Assembly: GCA_964637185.1 (NCBI GenBank)
Contig: CAZWVB010000001.1
Location: 68,539-132,538, forward strand
Direction of reading: 5' to 3'
Source of the DNA: an uncultured Candidatus Saccharibacteria bacterium
GTDB taxonomy: Bacteria; Patescibacteriota; Saccharimonadia; CAILAD01; BJGX01
Length of the DNA: 64,000 nucleotides
Within the stretch, counting starts at the first letter, position 1; each line of letters opens with the position of its first letter. The position numbers and the translations under genes were made by a program. Positions 19,564 through 30,838 of the stretch are shown piece by piece. Under the pieces are notes generated by a model. The model was given only the letters and a program-made list of their open reading frames with translations. It was not told the origin of the DNA and made no database searches.

Positions 19564-20583
19564 GTGTCTAAAACAAAATCAACATTGTTAGCCAAACAAC
19601 ACAAATCACATTTTCAGTGGTGGGTAGGGCTGATTGTTGTATGCGTAGTTGCTATAGCTGGAATATTAATACTGCGTTTTAGTAGGGCTAGTACGACTAC
19701 TTCTATAGCTGACTGTCAGCCCAATGCTGAAACTAGTGAAATCCTTAAGTCTACCAGGTCTAATGCCAAGTCAACACAACAGTGCATGACAATCGCGTTT
19801 TTGAATCAGTATTCAAACTATCATAAGAAGGTTGGCAATATTACAGAAGTTCAGAACAGTATTGCCAACAAGGCTACGACTAGCGCGGCACAATCGTCAG
19901 TAGGCACGGCTTCGCAAGCAATTCCAAATACGCCACTACCTGAGTGCAACGGCGGGCCAATAACTGAGCCACCCCAAGCTAAGTTCCCAGTAGTTGATGG
20001 AAGTGACGAAGCAACTTATCGTGACACTTACAAAACAATATTCTCTGAAAAACCAGGTTCCAAGATAGCTTTAACTACAAGAAACTGGCTTGGTACTACA
20101 GGCAACTGTTTCTATCAGTTTGCCCAAAGGTATTTTCCAGCAAAGTCTTACTACAATTATGCTTGGTGTGCATTATTTGTAAGCTACGCTTATGGAGTAA
20201 ATGGAACACCGATGGGGTCTTACCCAACTTTCCTTACCCAAACTGTCAATGAATTGGTGTACCTCAATCTTAATCGTTTGGTGCCAAGGTCAGTAACTAC
20301 GGATGGCGGATATGTACCAAGAGCTGGTGATATGGTAGCTTATGAGAGAAATGGTGATAACTTCTATGATCATGTAGGTATAGTTGTGTCGACTGTTGAA
20401 GATCCAGTAACCAAGCAGCGATTTGTAATATCACGTGAGGGCAATGTCAGGCTAGACCCCAACAACCCAGCTCCGTTCGTGCCAGATGGCACAAACATAG
20501 TTGGTGTGCGCTCTCATGCTCTTTCAGACCCTACGATCATTGGCTATATCAGGGCACCAGGAAATGAGCTATCAGCTCAATAG
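19564..20583 (+). CDS. Exported CHAP-domain amidase/peptidase with shared leader
   Basis: AWCALFVSY, GDMVAY, DHVGIV and EGN motifs. Confidence 0.8.
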   Translation: MSKTKSTLLAKQHKSHFQWWVGLIVVCVVAIAGILILRFSRASTTTSIADCQPNAETSEILKSTRSNAKSTQQCMTIAFLNQYSNYHKKVGNITEVQNSIANKATTSAAQSSVGTASQAIPNTPLPECNGGPITEPPQAKFPVVDGSDEATYRDTYKTIFSEKPGSKIALTTRNWLGTTGNCFYQFAQRYFPAKSYYNYAWCALFVSYAYGVNGTPMGSYPTFLTQTVNELVYLNLNRLVPRSVTTDGGYVPRAGDMVAYERNGDNFYDHVGIVVSTVEDPVTKQRFVISREGNVRLDPNNPAPFVPDGTNIVGVRSHALSDPTIIGYIRAPGNELSAQ

Positions 20584-20644
20584 CCATTTGACTAACATCA
20601 TTATCCAGGTTAACATAAGAATAATAGATTAATCGGTATCATCA

Positions 20645-21859
20645 ATGCCAAAAACAAAGAAAACTAAAACCAGGGTAGCTAACACGTCTACAGCCAAAAC
20701 CAAGATTCATGTCGGGTGGCTGATGGCTACTTTGTTGATTGCTGCAGTCGCCATAGTGGGCGTAGTAGTGATTAGGCTCAGCCAGGCCAGTGATAACAAA
20801 AGCATTATACTAAGGCCTTCTGATCCCAATGTCCAGGTCTGTGGCATCAATCCTTCTAGCCAGGCTCTTCACCTTTGTGCTGGTGGGTTTGCTGATACTG
20901 CTGATGGTAAAGCCTGGCGAACTAGTGTAAATGATACACTCGGTAACTTCAACTGGTTCGGGCCATACGAAAAGCTCACAGCCTGGCCGGACAACACAAC
21001 TAAGTCCGTGCAAGCCTGTGTTACATTACGTGACAATCTTCCTTATGGAATCAAGGTTCAATACGTTTTCGATATCACTGCAGACTTTGGATCACGCGTG
21101 TTGGCCACTCGTACTATCGAGGGGCAAGAGGGTGCTTTCAAGACTTCCCCCAACAGTCTAACTGTGCAGTGTTTGACGGCCAATCTTGAAGCCAAAGGGT
21201 TTCCAGCGGACTACAACAATGTTGAATATCGCATAAGAACAACACGGGGTTCAGCTGATATATTCAACATGACGCGTACTATCACCGGTACAGTTACAAG
21301 CTCGTATGTACCACCTGCTGCCAAAGAAGAAGGAATGATATGGCCAGTTAATGCCAATATTGCCAAGATGCGTGGTCCGAGTAGCCCTGGTGGCAGTGGT
21401 TGCTATGGTGCACCTCGCGCCGGTGGTAGGCGGCATCAGGGCGTGGATCTTATTGGTACCGGTAATCTACGGGTAATTAATGGTAACCTTTACAATGATC
21501 AAATCGACGTATTGGCCGCCAAGTCCGGTACAGTTGTAAACGTTAACAGTCCTGCAGACCCTAGTGGCTATGGCAACTTTATTATCATTGAACACACTCC
21601 AGGAGAGCTGTATACGCTGTATGGACACCTTAGTAGTATTTCGGTAAATGTGGGGCAACGTGTAAACCAAGGCCAGGTGATTGGTCGTACGGGTGAAGGT
21701 GGCAATGCTGGACCAATCCAACCAGGGTTTGTACACACGGGTAACCAAGTACATTTTCAGGTGCAGAATAAATACAGTGGGACTGCTGGAATACCTTTCA
21801 CCAATACCATTGATCCTTCGAGTATGATAAGCCAGCCTATCGATCGCAATGGGTGCTAG
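20645..21859 (+). CDS. Exported M23 metallopeptidase with shared leader
   Basis: HQGVD, GYGN, YGHL, GQVIG and VHFQV motifs. Confidence 0.88.
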   Translation: MPKTKKTKTRVANTSTAKTKIHVGWLMATLLIAAVAIVGVVVIRLSQASDNKSIILRPSDPNVQVCGINPSSQALHLCAGGFADTADGKAWRTSVNDTLGNFNWFGPYEKLTAWPDNTTKSVQACVTLRDNLPYGIKVQYVFDITADFGSRVLATRTIEGQEGAFKTSPNSLTVQCLTANLEAKGFPADYNNVEYRIRTTRGSADIFNMTRTITGTVTSSYVPPAAKEEGMIWPVNANIAKMRGPSSPGGSGCYGAPRAGGRRHQGVDLIGTGNLRVINGNLYNDQIDVLAAKSGTVVNVNSPADPSGYGNFIIIEHTPGELYTLYGHLSSISVNVGQRVNQGQVIGRTGEGGNAGPIQPGFVHTGNQVHFQVQNKYSGTAGIPFTNTIDPSSMISQPIDRNGC

Positions 21860-21899
21860 TAGTAATTTACACAATTAATCGAAATAAAGGAAAATAATA

Positions 21900-22205
21900 A
21901 TGTCAACCAAAAAATCATCAACTTTAGCCAAGCAACAACAGCAACATTTCAAATGGTACTATGCCATCATTTTGATCGGGATCGTCGCCATAGTCGGTAT
22001 ACTTGTGTTGCGATATAGCCATGCTGGTACTAGACCACTAGGCAAAATTACACTCTATTGTGCAAGTGGTGCATGCTACAATACCAACGCAACTGGACGA
22101 TTGTCGGAGCGGGTTGAAGTATTCGCAGATGACAGTTGCCCGAGTTATCCATATGCAATTGCAATGTCATACACCGGATACAAAAAAGCATGTGTTGGAC
22201 CGTAG
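21900..22205 (+). CDS. Small exported Cys-containing protein with shared leader
   Basis: Leader ending RYSHA; mature part of about 59 aa with 4 Cys. Confidence 0.75.
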   Translation: MSTKKSSTLAKQQQQHFKWYYAIILIGIVAIVGILVLRYSHAGTRPLGKITLYCASGACYNTNATGRLSERVEVFADDSCPSYPYAIAMSYTGYKKACVGP

Positions 22206-22251
22206 TATAACAACCACAATAATCTTACTAAGCCAATAGGAGAAAATAATA

Positions 22252-22893
22252 ATGCCAACCAAAAAATCATCAACCTTAGCTAAGCAACAAAAGCAACATT
22301 TCAAATGGTACTATGCAATTATACTTATTGGTATTGTTGCGATTGTGGGAATTTTATTACTGCGATTTAGTAATGCAGGTGCGGTCAAGGAAATAGGTAT
22401 GGCTGAGAGCGATGTTAAGACTTATGTTACAGCGTCAAGAGATGGATACGCTAGTATTGGTAATCAAACTGATACGAGTTTACCAGGTACTGGAGCGCAA
22501 CAAACAGTTCGTGTTGCAAATTCTAATGCGCTGCCTACGCCAGGCTACATTTTGATGAATGTTCAATATGCAGACAAATTATCTTATACAACAACAAACG
22601 CAGTTGTAAGGTACTGCATCTATATAAGCAATACTGGTAGTTATGCGCCCAACGGAATAACCCTAGCTACATACGGTGAACAGAAGAACTTTCCAAGTGG
22701 CAGTGGTGGTTTTTTCTCTTCGGTTAGTGGATATAATATCTACTGTAAGGATGCTAAAGCATCAACACTTGGTGCCAAAAACACGCAAATTACATCAAAC
22801 TTTCAGGCATTTGCGGAGGCGTCGGTAAATGCTCCATACACAAAGCTAAAATTATGGAAGATTACCAGAGAAGTAATCGAAGCCTCTAAATAG
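22252..22893 (+). CDS. Exported protein with shared leader, unknown cargo
   Basis: Leader nearly identical to that of the 21900 gene, ending RFSNA. Confidence 0.75.
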   Translation: MPTKKSSTLAKQQKQHFKWYYAIILIGIVAIVGILLLRFSNAGAVKEIGMAESDVKTYVTASRDGYASIGNQTDTSLPGTGAQQTVRVANSNALPTPGYILMNVQYADKLSYTTTNAVVRYCIYISNTGSYAPNGITLATYGEQKNFPSGSGGFFSSVSGYNIYCKDAKASTLGAKNTQITSNFQAFAEASVNAPYTKLKLWKITREVIEASK

Positions 22894-22944
22894 GTACTTT
22901 AGTAGAATTTCGCTCACAGCGGAATACTACTTTATAATAGATGA

Positions 22945-24939
22945 GTGAGCTTATTTACTCTCAATTCGAAATATCCACCAGCCGGTGATCAGCCCGATGC
23001 TATCAAGACGCTTTCGGATGGTTTGTTGAAGAAGAATTTTGCCCAACAAACCCTACTTGGTATAACTGGGTCTGGTAAAACATTTACTATGGCCAATGTG
23101 GTTCAGAACTATGGCAAGCCTACACTTGTACTGAGCCACAACAAAACATTGGCAGCTCAACTATATGGCGAGTTCAAAGAGTTCTTCCCAAACAACGCTG
23201 TCCACTACTTCGTCAGCTACTTCGACTACTACCAGCCAGAGGCCTACATACCACGCTCCGATACATATATAGAGAAGGACAGTGATATCAACGAAGAGAT
23301 CGATCGGCTGCGCCACGCCGCGACAGCGGCCTTACTGAGTCGCAAAGACGTAATAATTGTGGCCTCAGTAAGTTGTATATATGGCATCGGCAACATCACT
23401 GACTACTCAGCTATGACTATCGAGCTGACCGTGGGTGAGCAGCGCAAGCGCGACAAACTGCTGCGTCAACTCAACGACATTCAGTACGAACGCAACGATA
23501 TGAGTTTTGAGCGTGGCACATTTCGGGTGCGCGGCGAGAATCTCGATATTTTTCCAATTGGCGAAGAGGTAGCGTATCGTATCCAATTCTTTGGCGACAA
23601 TGTAGATGCTATCAAGCAAATTGATTATCTGACTGGTGAAGTGGTAAGTGAGCTCAAAAACATCAAGATATTTCCTGCCAAGCACTATGTCACACCTCGC
23701 GAACAGCTCGAGAAGGCGATTGAGAAGATCAAGGTAGAGGGCGAGGAGCGCCTCGCTTGGTTTAAGAGCCAAGATCTACACCTCGAAGCCCAGCGTCTCG
23801 AGAGTAAGATCAAGTATGATATCGAGATAATGGAGCAGACCGGCTACGTCAAGGGCATCGAGAACTATGCGCGCTATCTCACTAATCGTGAGCCAGGTGA
23901 GCAGCCAGCTACACTGATGGATTACTTCCCCGATGATTTCTTGATGCTAATAGACGAGTCGCATATGACAATCCCCCAGGTAGGTGGTATGTACAATGGT
24001 GATCGAGCTCGCAAGCAAACATTGATCGATCATGGATTTCGCCTGCCTTCGGCACTCGACAATCGACCACTCACTTTTACAGAGTTTGAGCGTCATATGG
24101 GCAGAGTGGTGTATGTGTCGGCCACGCCAGCTCAATATGAGCTAGCTCGTAGCGAAGCCGTTGCCAATCAGATAATCCGACCGACCGGGCTGCTCGACCC
24201 AATTATAGAAGTGCGTGGCAGCGAGCACCAAGTAGACGATGTGATAGCTGAGATTCGTAAGCGGGTTGAGAAGCGTCAGCGTACCTTGGTAACCACACTT
24301 ACCAAGCGTATGGCTGAAGATCTCACGGAATACTTAGCGGATATGGGCATAAAGGTACAGTATTTACATAGCGATGTCGATACCTTTGAGCGAACTGACA
24401 TACTGCGTGATCTGAGGCTTGGTAAATACGATGTGCTGGTAGGCATCAACTTGTTACGTGAGGGTTTAGACCTGCCCGAAGTAAGCTTAGTGGCAATAAT
24501 AGATGCCGACAAAGAGGGCTTTTTACGTTCTGAAACATCGCTTGTTCAAACAATTGGCCGCGCCGCACGCCATCAAGAAGGTATGGTGATCATGTATGCC
24601 GACAACATGACTGGCTCTATGGAGCGAGCTATCAAGGTCACTCGTGATCGGCGTGAGGTACAAGAAACTTACAACAAAAAGCATGGTATTACTCCAAAAT
24701 CAGTAGAGAAAGCTATCGCTGAGCGCATGCACGAAGAGTCTGAGGCTGAAACTGCCGATGTGAAAGAGTTGGATGTCAAAAACATCCCCAAGGATGAGCT
24801 GGAATATCTCGAGCGTCAGCTGACTGAGCAGATGGAACTGGCTGCTGCGAACCTACAATTTGAAAAGGCCGCTGAGTTGCGTGACCAGATTGCTGAGATT
24901 GAAGATGTAATGAAGAGTAAGAAGATCAGCAAGAAATAG
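22945..24939 (+). CDS. uvrB: Excinuclease ABC subunit B
   Basis: [20 protein letters not shown] and GRAAR motifs; C-terminal UVR coil. Confidence 0.97.
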   Translation: MSLFTLNSKYPPAGDQPDAIKTLSDGLLKKNFAQQTLLGITGSGKTFTMANVVQNYGKPTLVLSHNKTLAAQLYGEFKEFFPNNAVHYFVSYFDYYQPEAYIPRSDTYIEKDSDINEEIDRLRHAATAALLSRKDVIIVASVSCIYGIGNITDYSAMTIELTVGEQRKRDKLLRQLNDIQYERNDMSFERGTFRVRGENLDIFPIGEEVAYRIQFFGDNVDAIKQIDYLTGEVVSELKNIKIFPAKHYVTPREQLEKAIEKIKVEGEERLAWFKSQDLHLEAQRLESKIKYDIEIMEQTGYVKGIENYARYLTNREPGEQPATLMDYFPDDFLMLIDESHMTIPQVGGMYNGDRARKQTLIDHGFRLPSALDNRPLTFTEFERHMGRVVYVSATPAQYELARSEAVANQIIRPTGLLDPIIEVRGSEHQVDDVIAEIRKRVEKRQRTLVTTLTKRMAEDLTEYLADMGIKVQYLHSDVDTFERTDILRDLRLGKYDVLVGINLLREGLDLPEVSLVAIIDADKEGFLRSETSLVQTIGRAARHQEGMVIMYADNMTGSMERAIKVTRDRREVQETYNKKHGITPKSVEKAIAERMHEESEAETADVKELDVKNIPKDELEYLERQLTEQMELAAANLQFEKAAELRDQIAEIEDVMKSKKISKK

Positions 24940-25302
24940 TTACTTTGGTCCGGCTTGTTCTTCTTTGAGTTGGGCTGCGATAACTAAGAATCCAGCTGCT
25001 TCACTAAGATTATTGGCATAGTGTCGTAGCTCGGCGGGCGACATAGCCGCCACTACCATACTGACATCTGCCCAGTTCTTGGCGGCTTCTACAAAACGTG
25101 CTGGGTCCACATCAGGCGCTGCCTCTGGTTGTGTTACACCTGGAACTTTGTCTATTAGCTCCGTCCCAGGGGCGGCCTGATTATTGATAACTTCTGCTCT
25201 GCCATAAGCAGTAGGAATGTCCTTCTTTGCTGCTTCGTAAGCTGCTTGCATAATACCCTCATTTGGGTTATTGGGTCCACCTACCATTGGTGCGGTTGCC
25301 AT
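24940..25302 (-). CDS. Hypothetical protein
   Basis: GGAGGT SD upstream; fills the uvrB-uvrA gap. Confidence 0.65.
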   Translation of the reverse strand: MATAPMVGGPNNPNEGIMQAAYEAAKKDIPTAYGRAEVINNQAAPGTELIDKVPGVTQPEAAPDVDPARFVEAAKNWADVSMVVAAMSPAELRHYANNLSEAAGFLVIAAQLKEEQAGPK

Positions 25303-25420
25303 TTTTTACCTCCATTACAGATTATTTATCTTATTTTACTACAAAACCACTATCGCTTATAGCCTTGAATAATCTTGACAGCTGAGCTACAATGGATGGG
25401 TTTTTAATCCTGATAATCTT

Positions 25421-28231
25421 ATGCATGACAAGATCAGCATCAAAGGTGCTCGTGAGCACAACCTTCGCAATATTGACCTCGACATACCACGCGACAAGTT
25501 AGTCGTAATTACTGGACTCTCTGGATCTGGCAAAAGCTCCTTGGCATTTGATACTATCTACGCCGAAGGCCAACGCCGTTATGTCGAATCACTCAGTGCT
25601 TATGCCCGACAGTTCTTGGGGCTAATGGAAAAGCCTGACGTTGACCAAATCGATGGCTTAAGCCCGGCAATCTCGATTGATCAAAAATCATCAAGCCGCA
25701 ATCCTCGCAGTACGGTTGCTACCGTTACAGAAATCTATGATTACTTGCGCTTACTGTTTGCACGTATTGGTATACCGCACGATCCCTCAACCGGTGAAGT
25801 ACTGACCAAACAAACCCCAGCTGAAATAGTAGACCAAGTACAGAATCTTCCCATGGGCAGCAAAATAGTGCTGTTGGCACCAATCGTAAAAGACAAGAAA
25901 GGTGAGCATAGCCATCTCATAAGTGAGTTACAAAAAGCCGGCTATAGTCGAGTTCGCCTCGATGGCACTATGTTACCAATCGATGAAGTACCGGAGCTGG
26001 ATCGCAACAAAAAGCACACCATCGAAGTCGTCACCGACCGTCTAGTAATCGAGAAAGACATGGGTCAGCGGTTGGTCGAGTCGGTTGAAGCTAGCTTGCA
26101 TCTAGGCGAAGGAGTCCTAATTGTACTAGATGTTGATAGCGAGGCTGAGAATCTCTACAGTGAGCATTATACTTCTGCTGGCAGTACCTACGCGCTACCA
26201 GAGATTGAGCCGCGACTGTTTAGTTTTAATTCGCCGCACGGCGCTTGTCCCACATGTACGGGCATAGGCTCGCTACTCGTGATCGATCCGCTACTACTGG
26301 TACCCAATGACAAACTGTCGATATCCGAAGGCGCTATCCGGCCTTGGAGTCGCACTACCCAGCGCCTCAATTGGTATACCAAGCTCCTCAACGCCGTCGG
26401 CAAAGCACATGGCTTTAGCATCGACGAGCCAATAGCCAATCTCGATACCAGACAGCTGGACTTTCTCTACTATGGCACTGGCGAAGAAGTCATCGAAGTA
26501 CCAGGTCCGGCTGGCCGTACATATAAGACCAAGTTTGAAGGCATCATACCCAATCTCGAACGACGCTATCGTGAGACAGACAGTGATTTTGTCAAAAAAG
26601 AAATCGAGAAATACATGGCTCAAAAAATCTGTCCTACTTGCGAGGGTAAGCGGCTCAAACCAGAAGTGCTAGCCATCACTGTTGATGACAAGTCAATCGC
26701 CGATATCGCCGAGATGACTGTCGAGCAAGCAACTAGCTACTATAGTGCGATCAAGCTAGATCCTCAACAGGCCATCATAGCCAAACAAATTCTCAAAGAA
26801 GTACAGTCAAGGCTCAAATTCCTCAACAACGTCGGACTTGGCTATCTCACCCTCAATCGTGCCGCCAATACGCTGGCCGGTGGTGAGGCACAACGCATCA
26901 GACTAGCTACACAAATCGGCTCAAGCTTGATGGGGGTGCTATATATACTAGACGAGCCATCAATTGGGTTACATCAGCGTGACAACGATCGGCTGATCGA
27001 TACGCTCAAGCGATTGCGCGACCTTGGTAATACAGTGATAGTGGTTGAGCATGACGAAGATACTATTCGGGCCGCCGACTTCGTAGCCGATATCGGCCCG
27101 CTAGCTGGAGAGCATGGTGGAGAAGTCGTGGCGGTGGGTACGCCCGAGCAAGTTGCTCGCAACAAAAACTCTCTGACAGGCCAATACCTCAGTGGCAGCA
27201 GAAAGATAGATGTACCCAAAACCAGACGGCAGCCTAGCGGCAAAACACTAAAAATAATTGGTGCTTCCGAGCACAATTTGCAAAACCTCGATGTATCAAT
27301 ACCTCTGGGAATCATGACTGTGGTAACTGGTGTGTCGGGTAGTGGTAAGTCCAGTCTCATCAACGACATATTGGCGCGCAAACTTAGCGCTGAGTATCAT
27401 CGTAGCCAGGAGCCGGTTGGCCAGCATGAAAAGATCGAGGGGATGGAGAACTTGGACAAGGTCATCGATATCGACCAGAGTCCAATTGGCCGTACGCCGC
27501 GCAGCAATCCCGCCACTTACACCGGTGCTTTCAACGACATCCGTGAGCTTTTTGCTATGGTGCCAGAAGCCAAGATCCGTGGCTACAGTGCTGGGAGATT
27601 TAGCTTCAATGTCAAAGGTGGTCGCTGTGAGACTTGCAAAGGCGACGGTATTATCAAGATCGAGATGCATTTCTTGCCAGATGTGTACGTCACATGTCAG
27701 ACCTGTCATGGCAAGCGCTACAACCGCGAAGCCTTGGAGATCACGTACAAGGGCAAAAACATCTCCGATGTACTAGAGATGACAGTCGAAGAAGCCTGTG
27801 AGTTTTTTGGCAATGTACCTACCATCAGCCGTAAGCTCGAGACGCTTAACTCAGTCGGACTTGGCTATGTCAAACTCGGCCAGCCAGCTACCACGTTGTC
27901 AGGTGGTGAGGCTCAGCGCATCAAACTAGCCAGCGAACTAAGCAAGCGTGCTACTGGCCGCACTCTCTATATATTGGATGAGCCTACGACTGGGCTGCAT
28001 TTTGAAGATGTACGCAAACTACTAGAGGTACTCAACGCTTTGGTGGCCATGGGTAACTCAATACTCATCATCGAGCACAATCTCGATGTCATCAAGTCGG
28101 CTGACTGGGTGATCGACCTGGGACCAGAAGGTGGCAGTGGTGGTGGACAGCTGGTAGGCGAGGGCACTCCTGAGCAAATTGCCAAGCTTCCCCAATCCTA
28201 CACTGGCAAATATCTCAAACGTTTGCTATAG
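25421..28231 (+). CDS. uvrA: Excinuclease ABC subunit A
   Basis: Two ABC modules ([24 protein letters not shown]). Confidence 0.97.
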   Translation: MHDKISIKGAREHNLRNIDLDIPRDKLVVITGLSGSGKSSLAFDTIYAEGQRRYVESLSAYARQFLGLMEKPDVDQIDGLSPAISIDQKSSSRNPRSTVATVTEIYDYLRLLFARIGIPHDPSTGEVLTKQTPAEIVDQVQNLPMGSKIVLLAPIVKDKKGEHSHLISELQKAGYSRVRLDGTMLPIDEVPELDRNKKHTIEVVTDRLVIEKDMGQRLVESVEASLHLGEGVLIVLDVDSEAENLYSEHYTSAGSTYALPEIEPRLFSFNSPHGACPTCTGIGSLLVIDPLLLVPNDKLSISEGAIRPWSRTTQRLNWYTKLLNAVGKAHGFSIDEPIANLDTRQLDFLYYGTGEEVIEVPGPAGRTYKTKFEGIIPNLERRYRETDSDFVKKEIEKYMAQKICPTCEGKRLKPEVLAITVDDKSIADIAEMTVEQATSYYSAIKLDPQQAIIAKQILKEVQSRLKFLNNVGLGYLTLNRAANTLAGGEAQRIRLATQIGSSLMGVLYILDEPSIGLHQRDNDRLIDTLKRLRDLGNTVIVVEHDEDTIRAADFVADIGPLAGEHGGEVVAVGTPEQVARNKNSLTGQYLSGSRKIDVPKTRRQPSGKTLKIIGASEHNLQNLDVSIPLGIMTVVTGVSGSGKSSLINDILARKLSAEYHRSQEPVGQHEKIEGMENLDKVIDIDQSPIGRTPRSNPATYTGAFNDIRELFAMVPEAKIRGYSAGRFSFNVKGGRCETCKGDGIIKIEMHFLPDVYVTCQTCHGKRYNREALEITYKGKNISDVLEMTVEEACEFFGNVPTISRKLETLNSVGLGYVKLGQPATTLSGGEAQRIKLASELSKRATGRTLYILDEPTTGLHFEDVRKLLEVLNALVAMGNSILIIEHNLDVIKSADWVIDLGPEGGSGGGQLVGEGTPEQIAKLPQSYTGKYLKRLL

Positions 28232-28237
28232 ATGGCT

Positions 28238-28279
28238 CGACCCCGATCAGATGACACATCGTGCCTCCAATCGGGGTCG
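28238..28279 (-). terminator. GC-rich 3' hairpin without U-tract
   Basis: cgaccccgat/atcggggtcg. Confidence 0.55.
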
Positions 28280-28311
28280 TAGCCAACCGGCCGATTTCTT
28301 CAGTTGTGGGA

Positions 28312-28650
28312 TCACGCCACTCCCTCCATGGGTGGTTGGTCGCTGTTGGCCTGGCTGGCGAGCTTGCGCAGCTGACGGATGAGGGTGTCGGCTTCGCCGT
28401 GCTTGCGTCGCTCGTAGAACTCGCCGATCATGTCGTCGATGACACCACTGTTGAGCTGGTCATCCCAACTGCCGCGCAGGGCAGCTTCGATGGCATCACT
28501 CATGTCGGAGAACTCCGACGGGGAGTGCATCTTGAGCATGTAGTCGGCGATCAGCTGGTCAAGCTCAGTGAACGACTCGGCGAGATCCTTCGCCAAGTCG
28601 GCCCGCCAGTCCGGTGCGACTGCCGCGATCCACTGTTCGAAATCTTTCAT
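28312..28650 (-). CDS. GC-rich orphan protein
   Basis: AAGGAGGTGA SD; TTGACA-17-TACAAT promoter. Confidence 0.75.
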   Translation of the reverse strand: MKDFEQWIAAVAPDWRADLAKDLAESFTELDQLIADYMLKMHSPSEFSDMSDAIEAALRGSWDDQLNSGVIDDMIGEFYERRKHGEADTLIRQLRKLASQANSDQPPMEGVA

Positions 28651-28755
28651 GTCACCTCCTTTGAGGCCTCGTAGGTGCGGTTGGTCGCCCTCATTGTATA
28701 ATATATATACTAAATGTCAAGGCCTTGGAATTACGTTATAAGGTATAATATGGCT

Positions 28756-30210
28756 ATGTCAACGCTCAAGATCAAACTATCCAAATTACCAAAATCACCA
28801 GGCGTTTATTTTTTCAAAGACGCTGATGGCAAGATTATCTACATCGGTAAAGCCTCCCAGCTCAGTCGACGGGTTAAAAGTTATTTTCAAAAGAACCATG
28901 GCGACACCAAAACCCAACTATTGGTAGAAAACATTGCTGATGTTGAATGGATAGTGGCCGGATCCGAAATAGAAGCACTTTTTTTGGAAGCCGAATTTAT
29001 CAAACGCCACAAACCGCTTTACAACGTGCAGGAGAAGGATGACAAAAATTTTCTGTATGTCAAAGTGAGCTTGCAAGAAGACTTTCCGACCGTGTCGACA
29101 GTTCGACGACCAAGCGACGATCGGGCACGGTATTTTGGCCCATTCATACACGGCTATGAAGTGCGTAAGGCCTTGCGCTATCTGCGTCGGATATTTCCGT
29201 ATTACGTCAAGGCCGAGCGCAAACTCAGTAGCAAGCTCGAGTATCAGATAGGAGTTGCGCCAAACCCAGAGCTAAGTCGTGCGCAATACCGCGCTGGCAT
29301 AGCTAGGCTGGTAATGGTGCTGGAGGGTAAGACCAAGACTGTACTCAGACAACAGGAGCTGGAGATGAAAAGGCTAGCGGCCAAGCGGGATTTTGAGAGT
29401 GCCAGCCGAGTGCGCAACCAATACATTGCATTGAAGGCGCTCTCTACCAAGATAATATTTGGTCGTGATGAAACATTTGATCTAACTCTAGATATGGCGC
29501 TCAATGGGCTTGCCGATACTCTTGGCCTGCCAAAGCCGCCACGTCGTATCGAATGTTATGATATCAGTAACTTTGCTGGCGGGGATGCAGTGAGCTCCAT
29601 GATAGTTTTTACCGATGGTGTTCCAGACCAGAAATCATATCGGCATTTTCGCATGAAGAGTCTGGGGCCCAATGATTTTGCGATGATGGCGGAGACTATG
29701 CGTCGTCGGTTTGCGGCTCGGCACGATGACTGGCCCAAGCCTGAGCTGGTTATCATCGATGGCGGCAAAGGTCAGTTGAGCAGTGCACTGGCGGCCATGG
29801 CTGAGCTTGGTCTACATCTGCCAGTTGTTGGCTTAGCCAAACGGTATGAGACTATAGTACAGCCAGCCGATGTGGCCAAACCATTTGGCCCCAAAGATAC
29901 GCAGGTCCGGCAAGAAGGTGAGTTTGTATTGATTAGTCTGGATCATGATAGTGAGGTACTGCAGCTTTTGCAGCGGGTGCGAGACGAGGCACATCGTTTT
30001 GCGGTTAGTTATCATACCCTAGTGCGCAAGAAACGTACTAAGGCTTCGCTACTGGATAGTATTGTCGGAGTTGGTCCGGTGACACGTAAAAAGTTGGTAC
30101 GAAGTTTCGGCAGTGTGGCCGGCGTCAAACAAGCCAGTTTGGATGAATTATCAGCAGTGGTCGGTCCTGTCAAAGCGAAGCAAATTTACCAGGCGCTGGC
30201 GTCATCCTGA
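28756..30210 (+). CDS. uvrC: Excinuclease ABC subunit C
   Basis: GVY..IYIGKA GIY-YIG domain, ECYDIS, IDGGKGQ, RDEAHRFA and HhH. Confidence 0.95.
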   Translation: MSTLKIKLSKLPKSPGVYFFKDADGKIIYIGKASQLSRRVKSYFQKNHGDTKTQLLVENIADVEWIVAGSEIEALFLEAEFIKRHKPLYNVQEKDDKNFLYVKVSLQEDFPTVSTVRRPSDDRARYFGPFIHGYEVRKALRYLRRIFPYYVKAERKLSSKLEYQIGVAPNPELSRAQYRAGIARLVMVLEGKTKTVLRQQELEMKRLAAKRDFESASRVRNQYIALKALSTKIIFGRDETFDLTLDMALNGLADTLGLPKPPRRIECYDISNFAGGDAVSSMIVFTDGVPDQKSYRHFRMKSLGPNDFAMMAETMRRRFAARHDDWPKPELVIIDGGKGQLSSALAAMAELGLHLPVVGLAKRYETIVQPADVAKPFGPKDTQVRQEGEFVLISLDHDSEVLQLLQRVRDEAHRFAVSYHTLVRKKRTKASLLDSIVGVGPVTRKKLVRSFGSVAGVKQASLDELSAVVGPVKAKQIYQALASS

Positions 30211-30249
30211 TCTGTACAACGCCACTCCAAACTGCTATACTTACAGACT

Positions 30250-30612
30250 ATGGTGAAGCGTTTTTTACTGAGCTGGGTAGTCAATTTTCTGGGACTTTGG
30301 GCGGCAGCCAGACTATTCAGTAGCATCGATTACCAGTCACAATTGTGGGTGCTGTTGATAGCATCACTGATATTCGGCATCGTAAATGCTATAGTGCGAC
30401 CGGTAGTAGTGATACTTAGTCTGCCTGCCATCGTTGTGACTTTGGGTATTTTTACTTTGGTAGTCAATGTACTGATGCTTTATCTGACAAGTTTGATATT
30501 CCCGAAATTGGAGATCAATTCGATTGCTGCCGCCATTGGTGCAGTTGTGATCATATGGTTGGTCAACTATGTATTTAATGATATCCTTATGCCAGACAAG
30601 GAGAATGTATGA
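30250..30612 (+). CDS. 4-TM phage-holin-family membrane protein (YvlD-like)
   Basis: GIVNAIVRP..LSLP..TLGIF..VVN. Confidence 0.85.
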   Translation: MVKRFLLSWVVNFLGLWAAARLFSSIDYQSQLWVLLIASLIFGIVNAIVRPVVVILSLPAIVVTLGIFTLVVNVLMLYLTSLIFPKLEINSIAAAIGAVVIIWLVNYVFNDILMPDKENV

Positions 30613-30827
30613 AAAACATATTGCCGATAATCACCGTGGTAAGTGCCATACTATTGATCTGTGTAATATTGTTGCAAAACCAAGGTAGTGGTTTGGGCGC
30701 AGCCTATGGCGGTGATTCCAATTTCTATCGATCCAAAAGAGGTGCTGAAAAAACATTGTTTGTACTGACGATAGTGTTGGCAATATTGTTTGTAGGCTCC
30801 ATACTAGGCGCATTGGTAGTGCACTAA
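30609..30827 (+). CDS. secG: Preprotein translocase subunit SecG
   Basis: ILLQ..GSGLG..GG..RSKRGAEK. Confidence 0.9.
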   Translation: MKNILPIITVVSAILLICVILLQNQGSGLGAAYGGDSNFYRSKRGAEKTLFVLTIVLAILFVGSILGALVVH

Positions 30828-30838
30828 TTTTGTAGACT

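Noticed and set aside
30250-30612. Prophage inferred from the holin-family gene
   Set aside because: This family is commonly chromosomal; here it is coupled to secG with no phage genes nearby
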